64,000 nucleotides of DNA, taken from the NCBI GenBank assembly GCA_951406725.2, contig OX597832.1:65844001-65908000 (forward strand). Direction: 5' to 3'. The stretch is from Octopus vulgaris (taxonomy: Eukaryota). Each line of letters begins with the position of its first letter. Positions within the stretch are counted from its first letter, which is position 1. Shown here piece after piece: positions 1-11,583 of the stretch. A model generated the notes under the pieces. That model saw nothing but the letters and a program-made list of their open reading frames with translations, had not been told where the DNA came from and did not search any database. The translations under genes were made by a program, and so were the position numbers.

Positions 1-344
1 TTTTAAAGGATGATAAACAAAACAAGATGTTTTCATTCACGCAACCATACTATCAAGCAGGTAGCCTGTCAAAATTATTTTAAAGTTGAAAAAAGAAATA
101 GAAAACGAACATACATACGTTATACATGCATCCACAATACTTGATATATCGGAGGGAGATGTATAATTTTGCCTAAGGAGATTCAACTAATGTAGCTACA
201 TAAGCGTGTTATTAAATAGTTCATCGCTGCGTAAATCGCTAATATGATACGTTCTTCTGTTTGTTCACCTAATAGTAACTCTTTCCCTTTCTCTCACTCT
301 CTCTACAAACTTTCTCACTCACTGTCTCCACTCACACATACCCC

Positions 345-372
345 ACCACACATATATACACATATATATATT

Positions 373-456
<84 letters not shown>

Positions 457-552
457 CTATGTGTGTGTGTGTATACATATGTATATACATATATACATAT
501 ACATGCATATACACATGCACACATACAGACTCATATATACACATATATACAC

Positions 553-616
<64 letters not shown>

Positions 617-712
617 GTGTGTGTGTATACATATGTATATACATATATACATATACATGCATATACACATGCACACACACAGACACACACACACACATAT
701 ATATATTTATAG
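345..712. repeat. Compound (TA)n/(TG)n microsatellite containing a ~155-bp tandem duplication
   Basis: The block gtgtatacatatgtatatacatatatacatatacatgcatatacacatgcacaca occurs at ~469 and again at ~623. The overlapping ORFs are YI/CV/HT repeats. Confidence 0.9.
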
Positions 713-1202
713 ATTACGTTTTAAAATATATCATTAGAGATGTTTGTTTTGATCGATTGGGTTGTTAGACAATAAGGGTCTGGGTTGCAATGTTTTTTAT
801 TGCTAGAATATATCACCTCTAATCTCCACAACATGTCCATCCTGATGCTGCTGTGAAAGGGTTACTAACATTTCGAAGTGATTGTCTTTCTGATTGTTTT
901 TCTGTGTAAAATACTCTGAGTAGAGGGTACATAAATGTTTCGCAAGAGATTCGAAACCCTGCCGATCAAAGCGAATAGTTGCATAAATTAAATACATTTG
1001 CGTATATCATATATATATGCCCCGGAAATCAGTATTTGTGTCTTCGTAATAAATTATAGAGAAATTTTATCGCAACACTATCATACGTTCTGAGGAATAT
1101 ATATATATATATACGTCTACAAATTCTCTCAATGCTGAGTGCTTTATTGATATCTGCCAGGATTTGTAATCCCTTTTTTCGTTTATTATCATCATGGTTT
1201 TC

Positions 1203-1332
1203 GAGGCGGAGAGCTGGCAGAATGGTTAGAACGTCGGGCGAAATGCTTCACAGTATTTTGTCTAGCACTAAGCTCTGAATTCAAATTCCACCGATGTCGA
1301 CTTTTTTTCCATCCTTTCGGGGTCGATATATT
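1203..1332 (+). mobile_element. SINE family A (tRNA-derived head plus Meta-like central domain), partial
   Basis: gagctggcagaatggttag ... ttcaaattccaccgatgtcgac ... catcctttcggggtcgata matches many other copies in the window. Confidence 0.8.
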
Positions 1333-1885
1333 AAGTATATATATTATTCTGAAAGGATGGAAAAAAATATATTATTCTGTATTTTACATGACGTACAATA
1401 TCTATGCGAAACACCTCATCGAATAAAAGTTACACGAGCAATTTATCTCCGCTTTACTCCGAACATGTACACCCTGCGATGGTCTCGATAATCTACCTTA
1501 TCTATCCAGCTTCAACGTATTCGCAAATTTAGCAATGGATTCCAACTTAACATGTCTCCATCTATCACCAGTAAACATCTGTTTATAAATACATGGCCGA
1601 CGAGCCTTACGCATGAAATGCTAATAACTTATTTCTCAATTTCGTTCGGTTAGATTGACTAAACGCATTGATATAATTGGGATAACCTCACGTACAACGT
1701 TTTTCATTCTTACCATTTGGGAATGGTACTCGACACCAGAAACAATTCGTAGATGTACGGTAATATTTATTTTGGAAAATTCCAATCTGGCACCATCTGT
1801 GTTATTGATCTCCATTCATTGTATTAACAATATCCTATTGCAGAATTTAATGTCTGACTGAATAATCTATAGGTTTTATTAGTGT

Positions 1886-1962
<77 letters not shown>

Positions 1963-2019
1963 ATATATATATATACACACACACATTTCTCTATTCAGTC
2001 TCTATAGTTAACTCTCTCT

Positions 2020-2071
<52 letters not shown>

Positions 2072-4261
2072 CGTATGCATGGATGTATGTATACGCACTA
2101 GCTAATTACTGAATGCGTCTTATATATGAGCGTCATGATGCCAAAGTATATTCTTCCATGTTAGCACAAAGTCGTATTGACCATGCTACTATTTTTGCAC
2201 TAATATTCTAATTTAACGAATTATTCATGGATATGACTGGATATTCTCTTTCCTTAGAAAAGTTTGCAAATATATTTGAGCAGATTCTTTAACGGAGGTT
2301 ACAAGATATAGATCTATGCATATTGACATCGATCTAGTCATCCGCTATTTCGCGATCGTATTGTCTATCAAACCGAATGTCCATATCTAAATATGTGAGC
2401 TTTAACTTCACCACATTGTTCTCCATATGAACCTATTGCGCATTTTAATGTTGACTCAGCACCTACACGTACGCACGTACACGTGCGAGTACACACACAT
2501 ACACACACATACAAAATTAGACACACATATAGACACACGCAATTAGACGTGCACAGATACACGCAAATGGGCACGCACTCACATTCGTGCGTCCATATAA
2601 ATGGGCAAGATAATGGAAACAGCACCTTATATAAAGTGTCTATTTGCAATATTGCAAGTATTAAACTGTTCTGATCTCTTTGTATATGTCTTCATATGCA
2701 TGATGTCTACATTATTCTGTATGATATAACACACTATTTTATTATTATTTTTAGTTTAACTACTATTTATATATTAAAAGAAACCAGAATGAATGCCCAC
2801 TCTGATTTCTAAAAAAATAGAAATTATTGGAGCGCCGATGGCTGGAGCTTCAATCACGAATATTGCTGAAACAATATCTAAAATCATATTGCCATTCTAA
2901 AACCAAGGTAATAACCAGCTCTCCTTAGCAGAATTCTACACAAAATGCAAAGCTCAATAGAAGGCATGTAGAATATTGTAAAAACTTATTATCGAAGCCC
3001 CCCCACACACACACATGCACACAGACACGCATATACACGCATATATATATACATATAAGAGAATTTTTAATGGAGATAATTATCCGTGCGTAGTACAACT
3101 GTTTTTGTTATGAGCGAAGGAGTAATAAAAAACTTTATATGATCCTATAACAATTTCGCCTGTTATATTTTTAATCATTCATCGTCCACGCACCACTTAA
3201 GTCTATTGAATCGATGTATCTCCTCACCCGAACTAGCAAGTCTTGTGTCAAAATTTGCAACCAATTTTGTGTTTGGGGGAATCAAGTGTTTGCTTAACAT
3301 ATTCGATCGAGTATCGAAGTTAAATATCTTGCAAATTTTTCATCACATACATACTGATGATGTAACTGAAACAGAAGTGAGTCTTTTCGAATGAATTAGA
3401 GGTCTTTTAAGGCCTACTACCTAGCAATAAAAAGAAGTGTCAGACCGGAAACCTGAATCGAATAATTTCCCAAGTGAGTTTGAATTTATTTATTTATGCT
3501 AAACCGGTCGATGGTCATATCTGCAATCTATGGCTATCACTCTCCATCGAGCGGATTTCACTTGCATGTCATCTCTATCGATCATAGACTATAGTACTTG
3601 ATTCTAATTCAGAAGAGAAACATTAAAATTTGTGCGGAGGAATTTATCCATGCGGTCAAACTCACTACGGATGAAAGATTGGCAAAGTTGGAATTCGAAG
3701 CGAAGAAGGAAAGCACGTAAAGTAAAAAGCTGATGAGCCTGTGCCTATATCAAAACCCTTTTTGATTTTTAGTAATAAGAGAATAATCCCAAATTTGTGA
3801 GAGTGTATTAAGTACTTGAGAAGTGCTTTGTTATGTCTTTGTACATGAAAATGAAAGAAGTCGACTGCGGCAGGATTCGAAACTGATAGGCCACAAATGT
3901 TTCTTCACAAGAGAAAGTGAGGAAAATTATCTCCATTTCTACTGGACTGGTATTTTATTTATGAAACCAGGAAGGACGAAAGGCGGAGTGGATTACTCGC
4001 TTCATTCGATCTCCTGATACAAAGAACCGGAAGCAAAATCTCGTAAAGTATTCTCAAACGCTATAATGATTAGCAATCACTGTCTAATGGACATTATATT
4101 AAATTACAGGTGGTTTTAGTTCCGTTAACATCATGTTGCGTAGGACCTGAACACAGGTGTTGCCAAAAATGCAATTCGACGATGGTAAAACACTAGTCTG
4201 TACAATATGTGCATAGTGATTATAAAGGTGGGGTGACGTTTAAATATATTTTTTATACTCC

Positions 4262-4905
4262 AGACACAAGGCCCAAAATTTTTGGGGAGGGGCCAGCCGA
4301 TTAGATCGACCCCAGTGCGCAGCTGGTATTTAATTTATTGACCCCGAAAGGATGAAAGAAAATGTCGACCTCTGCGGAATTTGAACTCAGAACATAGACA
4401 AAATATCACTAAGCATTTCCCCAGGAGTGCTAACGTTTCTGCAAGCGAGCCTAAGTATATTTATTTCTTTATTACACACAGGGGTCTAAACATAGAGGGG
4501 ACAAACAAGGACAGACAAAGGGATGGAGTCGATTACATCGAACCCAATGCGTAACTGGTACTTATTTAATCGACCCCGAAAGGATTAAAGGAAAAGTCGA
4601 CCTCGGCGGAATTTGAACTGAGAAAGTAAAGATAGAAAAAATACTGCTTAGTATTTCGCTCGTTGTACTAACGTTTCTTATTTCTTTATTACCCAGAAGG
4701 GGCTAAACATAGAGGGGACAAAGAAGGCATACAAACGGATTAACTCTAATACATAGACCCCAGTGTTTAACTGGTACTTAATTTATCCACCCCGAAAGGA
4801 TGAAAAGCAAAGTCGACCTCGGCGGAATTTGAACTCAGAACGTAACGGCAGATGAAATACCTCTAATCATGTCGCCCGGCGTACTAACGACTCTGCCAGC
4901 TTGCC
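4262..4905 (-). mobile_element. Tandem cluster of three SINE family A units
   Basis: ccccgaaaggatgaaa..aaagtcgacctcggcggaatttgaactcagaac recurs at ~4340, ~4575 and ~4790. Confidence 0.9.
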
Positions 4906-5947
4906 TAAGTATATTGTTAACTGAAGGAGTAAATACACCGGTGAAGAATTTAATTCTAGTGTTTTTAATATTATTTTAAACTTATGACACAGTAACAGAA
5001 TATATAGCAGTAATATAATGGTTTCTATTGAGTTCATTGTAATATAACTTCTTCGTTGAATATTATTCGCTTGTAAAACATATCAAAAATCAATATATAA
5101 CACATCTCATCTTCACCTAATAAAGTGATAAAGTTTTTTTTTTTTTTCAGACATTGTTTAACAGAATATAATTAACTGAGACAACAAAATGTTAATTGTT
5201 ATTTCAACACAACTTGACATACACTTGCCAGTAATTAAATTAGTTTTCTCAAAATATATATTTAGAAGAACAACAAAAAAATTCATGTCGGTTGTTCTTG
5301 TTTCATAATTATTTAAATGTTGCTGCCTTTTAACTTTAATTATTTACACCGCAAAATAGAGGTGTTACACATAAACGGAAGAAGCAAAAATAAAGTCTGG
5401 TGAAAAAGAAAAAAAAACAACGATGTGTTAAGTTCAAACGAAATTAGCTTTAGGTTATTAATAGTTTAGTTTTTACATTTTCTTTTGAATTTTTTGTTTT
5501 CAATTTTCTGGAGGCTGCAAGTTGTGTTAATGTAAGGTCTTGTAAGAGGAGAGTCAAGTGCTAGATATGTTGTTGCTGGTACAGTTGGTGCAGCTGTTAA
5601 TCTGGGTTAACCGTCAGTGTTCATCCTTGAATCAGGATGCTTCTGTATTAACTTGTCGCATGTGGGACCATGATATATTTTTATATTCGAGGAAGGATAT
5701 AGCGAGACGCTTAGGAATGAATGAATAATTCCTTATTTAGGTTAGAATGAAATCCCAAGGAGAGCTGACTGTTACATCTAGTAGAAAACCTCTTGCTGTT
5801 TTAGAGTAATGTTACTCTCACGGATAGTAGCAAAATGGATTTTGTTGCGGTTGCCTAGCCACCAAGACAGCCCTGAATGAGCAGATACGTGTTCAAATTT
5901 TTACTCCGCTTCTACGATTTTCAAAATCACTGTTTTCCCACCCACCA

Positions 5948-6380
5948 TAGAATCGTTAGCACGCCGGGAAAACTGTTCGTGGCATTTTGTCCGACATTAC
6001 GTTCTGAGTTCAAATGCCACCGTGGTTGACTTTGCCTTTCATCCCATCGTGTTCGATAAAACAAGTACCAGTCGATACTGGGGTCGATGTGATTCACTAA
6101 CCTCACACCGCGAACTTGTTGGTCTTGTGCCAAAATTTGAAACCATAATAATAATCCTATTTATAAAAGCAGCGAGCTCGCAGAATCGTTAGCACGTTCT
6201 GAAACATGCTTTGTGGTATTATATTCGTCTTTACGTTCTGAGTTCAAATTCCGCCGAGGCTGTCTCTGCTTTCATATTTTCGAGGCTGATAAAATAAGTA
6301 CTAGTTGGACATTGGAGTCCATGTAATCAACTTCCGCATCCTCGAAATTACTGGCCTTGTACCAAAACTTGAAAGTATTA

Positions 6381-6415
<35 letters not shown>

Positions 6416-6978
6416 GACGAGCTGGCAGAAACGTTAGCACGCCGGGCGAAATGCTTAGTGGTATTTCGTCTGACGTTACGATCTGAGTTCATATTCCGCT
6501 GAGGTCGACTTTGCCTTTCATCCTATCGGGGCCGATAAATTAAGGACCAGTTACGCAATGGTGTTGATATAATCGACTTAATCCGTTTGTCTGTCCTTGT
6601 TTGTCCCCTCTGTGTTTAGCCCCTAGTGGGTAGAAAGAAATAGGTATTTCGTCTGCCGCTACGTTCTGAGTTCAAATTCCGCCGAGGTCGACTTTACCCT
6701 TCATCCTTTCGGGGTCGATAAACTAAGTACACGTTACGCATTGTGGTCAATGTAATCGACTTAATCCGTTTGTCTGTCCTTGTTTGTCCCCTCGATGTTT
6801 AGCCCCTTGTGGGTAATAAAGAAACAGGTATTTCGTCTGCCGCTACATTCAGAGTTCAAATTCTGCCTGGGTTTAATTTGCATTCCATTATTTTGGGGTC
6901 GATAAATTAAATACCAGTAAAACACTGGAGTCGAGGCATTCGACACATGCCCTCCCCCAAAATGGCTATCCTTGTGGC
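5948..6978 (+). mobile_element. Cluster of about five SINE family A units, the last three head-to-tail
   Basis: gttctgagttcaaattccgccgaggtcgactttgcctttcatcc (or variants) at ~6000, 6235, 6480, 6663 and 6848. Head motif gagctggcagaaacgttagc at 6419. Confidence 0.9.
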
Positions 6979-7467
6979 AGAATTATTATTATTACATGTA
7001 TATTGTAGTTTTGGTAGCAACTCAGTTGTGTCTATTGCAGCTTTTTCATAAATCACGTTAAATGCAATTTTTCTGTCCCAGATTTTCCAGGATATGCTAC
7101 GACAATGACCAACTTTATTCTTGTGCTTCACTTCTATTAGAGACATATTATGTCTCGGCTATTTACTAAAATATACCCTATCATTACTGAGAATGTAGCG
7201 TATAATTTGAGGTAGCCATTGTAAGGTTGTTAAAATTGGTGATGGAGACGGTAATAATGAAGGCGATGGGTGATGCTCTCTCTCCCTTCATTTCATTCGC
7301 TGTCTCAAGTTTTCTCTCACTGTCTTTCTCTCTCTTTCTCTGTGTATGTATACACACACACATATATTTCATTTAAGGCATAGTAAAACAAAATTTTTGG
7401 CGCTCCTCAAAATAAATTTAATTATATTTACATTCGAATCGTGAAGCCGAATACTGGTTGTATGGCC

Positions 7468-7541
<74 letters not shown>

Positions 7542-7722
7542 GTTTGTATGTGTGCATGTGTATGTATACATGTATGTATGTGTGTGTATGTAAGAATGCA
7601 TATGTGTGTATGTATATATATATATGCATGTATATATATATATTCATATATCTTTAAGTGTATATATATATATATACATGCATATATATATATGTGTGTG
7701 TGTATATATGTGTATATATATT

Positions 7723-7769
<47 letters not shown>

Positions 7770-7799
7770 ATAATTCAGTAAATGGTGGGGTTGTGTTAA

Positions 7800-8240
7800 C
7801 CGCACGTGGAGAACTTCACGCACCACATCCAACCCCATCAGTTAAAAAAATGTGGGCGCCCTAACTGTGGCACCTGCCCCTTCCTACTTGAAAACTCTGA
7901 ACTTAATTTCAAACAAGGAACAAAGTTCAAAATCAAAACTAACTTCTCCTTTTCCTCCGAGAACCTCATCTATGTTCTCACATGCGCTGGTTGCTAACAT
8001 AATTGTGTTGGACAATATAGCCTTCCTTTACGCAGACGAGTACCGGTCCATAAAGAACAGATAAATCTCCCACAATACCGTCAAATTCCACTCAGTAGCC
8101 ACATAGACTCTTGCGCTAGAGATAAAAATCCCAAATTTTACATATTCCCTTTCTACTAATGTAAAGACAGAATATCTACACAACAAAGAATCAACAAGGT
8201 GAATGTTTTTATTGAAAAATTACAAACGTGTCTCAATAGG
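7800..8240 (+). mobile_element. Penelope-like element, GIY-YIG endonuclease fragment (in-frame stops)
   Basis: Reading through stops gives KKCGRPNCGTCPFL...FKIKTNFSFSSENLIYVLTCAGC*HNCVGQYSLPLRRRVPVHKEQI...LSSH. This matches the CxxC...NLIY..CxxC..YxGQT...LRxRxxxH signature of PLE endonucleases. Confidence 0.85.
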
Positions 8241-8770
8241 CAAACTCCACGGTGACCTTTTTCTAGCATCCTATCTGACATAAAAATTATATAAGCATCC
8301 TGTTTGAAAAAAAAATCCAGCATTCCTATTAAAGAGCATAAAATCCACAGAAATGTCTCCCCTTACTCACAGGAACTGGATAACTCCTTCCCCATGTCCT
8401 GTTATGACACACAATCACCCAACTCTTTCAAACTAAACACTACATTTAAATACATGCATCGTAATCCTCCAAAGAAGTTTTTCCGAGGACTAATATTTAA
8501 CTCTAAAAGCATAAGACACTATAACGTAGTGGTATATTTATTTATTAATTTTTATATTTATGTTTTATTATTTTTTTGAAAAATCATTGTGATTTTCTTT
8601 TTCCCCTTCCTGAATTAAAAAAATTATTTTTCCCTTCCAAATTTTGAAAATTTGCCTTGCTATAAAAGTCGATTAGGTTTATTACTTTTTCTTTTTTAAA
8701 TTTTCATACATCCAATTTTATTAAAATTGACTTTCAATTTAGCATTCTGCATTATTATAATTTTACCTCT

Positions 8771-8820
<50 letters not shown>

Positions 8821-8823
<3 letters not shown>

Positions 8824-8896
8824 GAGAAAGAAGCAACAAGAATGGGTTGGTTTTTTGTATTAAAAACCAATCCATTCTTGTTGCTTCTTTCCCGTA
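8821..8896. repeat. Near-perfect hairpin, 35-bp arms and 6-nt loop
   Basis: tacgagaaagaagcaacaagaatgggttggttttt / tgtatt / aaaaaccaatccattcttgttgcttctttcccgta, with one mismatch and one G-T pair. Confidence 0.95.
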
Positions 8897-9006
8897 TATA
8901 ATCACCCCACATTACCGTATGGATAACACCATATAGTTTTTCTGGTGCATCTAAGTTAAGTACCACATTCAAGTAAATTCATTGGAAGTTACTTGAATCT
9001 TAATTG

Positions 9007-9102
<96 letters not shown>

Positions 9103-9156
9103 CATAGATACATACATAGATACATACATACATACATACATACATACATAGGTGCA

Positions 9157-9282
9157 AGCATGGTTCCGGATTCAGTCCCACTGCGTGACACCTTGGGTAG
9201 GTGTCCTCTACTAAAAACTCGGGCCGACCAAAGCCTTGTGAGTGGATTTGATAGACGGAAACTAAATGAAGCCCACCGTATA
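9157..9282 (+). mobile_element. SINE family B (CORE-type), 5' part
   Basis: catggttccggattcagtcccactgcgtgacaccttgggtaggtgtc...ccaaagccttgtgagtggatttg..agacggaaact..gaagccc followed by (TA)n. Confidence 0.85.
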
Positions 9283-9356
9283 TTTATATATATATATACA
9301 TATATATATGTATGTATGTATATATATATATATATATACATATATATGTATGTATG

Positions 9357-9401
<45 letters not shown>

Positions 9402-9406
9402 GTATG

Positions 9407-9495
<89 letters not shown>

Positions 9496-10094
9496 ATATA
9501 TATATGCATACTTTTGGAGTGAGAGAGAGAGAGAGAGAGAGAAGGAAGAGCTGAATCCATTGAAGTAAGCGTACACTTGCACCAGTTCTGTGCTGTGACG
9601 GTAAGAAAATCCTAATAATTTTCTTTTAAAGAAGCTGTTTTACATTTTATGTAAACATTATTGGATTTAAAAATTATTGTCGATATATGTAGTAAAATAT
9701 ATAGAAATAAAATATTCCATCTGGTGCTTTTGACATAAAGTCAATATGTTCTTTCTGAAATTTGAGAAAATAAAATGCTGATTAACCACTTTAATCTTAA
9801 AAGATACCGAAACGTATAAGTGTCGGTGTAGGAGAGGGAATGATGAAATATTTAATATGATTGAAATGGCGTTGTTATTGAAAGGCGGATATTTTCGTTA
9901 TTAGATTAAAGTGTAACACGTTAGAATAAATATATTTATTACGCTTTGTGTCCTTTAATGAACTAGATTTGTTCACATAATGAAGCTACCTTTGAGCGGT
10001 TGCTAGATCCGCCTAATATGGTAATTAAATTCTCATGTATATCGCATTTTACTTTCTTAAGTAATGGAAAGCCATATACGGAAAACCCCGCAAG

Positions 10095-10300
10095 GTTCAG
10101 TTCTTGTGCCTGGGTGGTGGCTTGTGTGACTCTCTGAGCTATGACAGTAGAGCGCAGTCCTGGTTGGGTCTCTCCCGCTGACAGGTAAAAGGAAAGAGGT
10201 CACAATAATATGGAACACCTCTTCCTAGATTTAAACGTGTGTGCATAGGGTCAAAGTCCTTACCGAGTAAAAACGAAAGTTATATAAACCTTGATGACTA
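10095..10300 (+). mobile_element. Probable decayed RTE-clade LINE 5' UTR
   Basis: GC-richer island ggtggtggcttgtgtg..gagctatg..cctggttgggtctctccc..gacaggtaaaagg..gagg and gcataggg..gtaaaaa resembles recalled RTE/Expander 5' UTR motifs. No ORF follows. Confidence 0.4.
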
Positions 10301-10519
10301 TAAAAAAACTAACACGAGGTAAGCAAAGAAGAGCTTCACTTTGGGAAAACCATAATGGTGTTCCCTAAAACAGAGGGACATATGCTACCTGGAATCAAGA
10401 AGGTTGGATGAAAATATGCGACGGCTTAATTTTCATACGTAGTGGAGTGCTTCAGTATCTATATTGGGAAACGCAATGTCAAGAATGAACTATTCCATTC
10501 CATTTTTTAAAACATAAAC

Positions 10520-10790
10520 GCAGGAAATGGCTGTCTGGTTAAGACATTTACTTTGCAGTCCCGTTGTTTTATGTGTTTGCGTATGTTTGTACCTGTGTAT
10601 TTTTGTATATTTGTCTCACCAAGAGCTTGATAATATGTGTTGGTTCCATATCTTAGAGGTTCAGCAAAAGTTAGATAGAAGATATACCAGACTTACAAAT
10701 AACAACTGAGTCGTTCGATTTCTTCGGCTAAACCTTTCAAGGCGGAACACCAACATTACTGGAGTCTCATTACTGAAAAAAGTGGAAGTA
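10520..10790 (+). mobile_element. Old, degenerate SINE family B copy
   Basis: Head tggctgtctggttaaga, an internal TG-rich tract, and tail remnants ggttcagcaaaag..gatagaa and aggcggaacaccaacat..actgaaa. Confidence 0.55.
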
Positions 10791-10879
10791 AAATAAATGA
10801 ATATGTTTGTTCGATCCACCCAGCCTGCGGTTAAACAACTGTAACTACTACAACACAAACATAGCATTGATTCTCCTCT

Positions 10880-11083
10880 TTCTTTTATTTCTTTCGGTAA
10901 TTTGACTGCGGCCATGCTGGAGTACCACCTTTAGTCGAATAAATCTAAACCAGGTCTTATTTTTTGTAAGCCGAGGATTGATTCTATCGGTCTATTTAGC
11001 TGAACCGCTAAGTTACGGTGATGTAAACATACGAACATCAGTTACGAACCGATTTGGGGAAGGGGGCAAACACAGACACACGG

Positions 11084-11088
<5 letters not shown>
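10880..11088 (-). mobile_element. SINE family B, 3' tail portion
   Basis: tttgactgcggccatgctggagtaccacctttagtcg...gaaccgctaagttacgg matches the full copies at 20882, 21603 and 40249. Confidence 0.85.
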
Positions 11089-11150
<62 letters not shown>

Positions 11151-11269
11151 TATATACATATATATATACATAAATATATATTCATATATATAGACATATA
11201 TATATACATATATATATATGTAAAAGTAAAAATTAATAAATAAATAAATAGAATAATATAAAAATATAC

Positions 11270-11304
<35 letters not shown>

Positions 11305-11453
11305 TAAAATTTATAAGTTTAAATTATTTAAATAATTTTTAAATTTTTACTTTTATATATTTTAAATTAATTTTATTTATGTGTTGGCTTATGATTTTTC
11401 ACTGTTTGATTTGTCTAATAGTGGTCTTATCTCTAATTTAATATAATATATAC

Positions 11454-11552
<99 letters not shown>

Positions 11553-11583
11553 CACTCACACACACACATATATTTATATATAT

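Noticed and set aside
735-1000. RDVCFDRLGC (lipase N-terminus-like or piggyBac-tail-like) and IRFDRQG peptides
   Set aside because: Very short, followed by stops, with no supporting splice or neighbouring motifs.
2368-2470. Minus-strand CAIGSYGEQCG resembling an EGF-like exon
   Set aside because: Only two cysteines, a weak acceptor inside a CA repeat, and no partner exons found.
5133-5150. Strong polypyrimidine-CAG splice acceptor-like site
   Set aside because: The downstream sequence is AT-rich with stops and no recognisable exon; poly-T tracts are common here.
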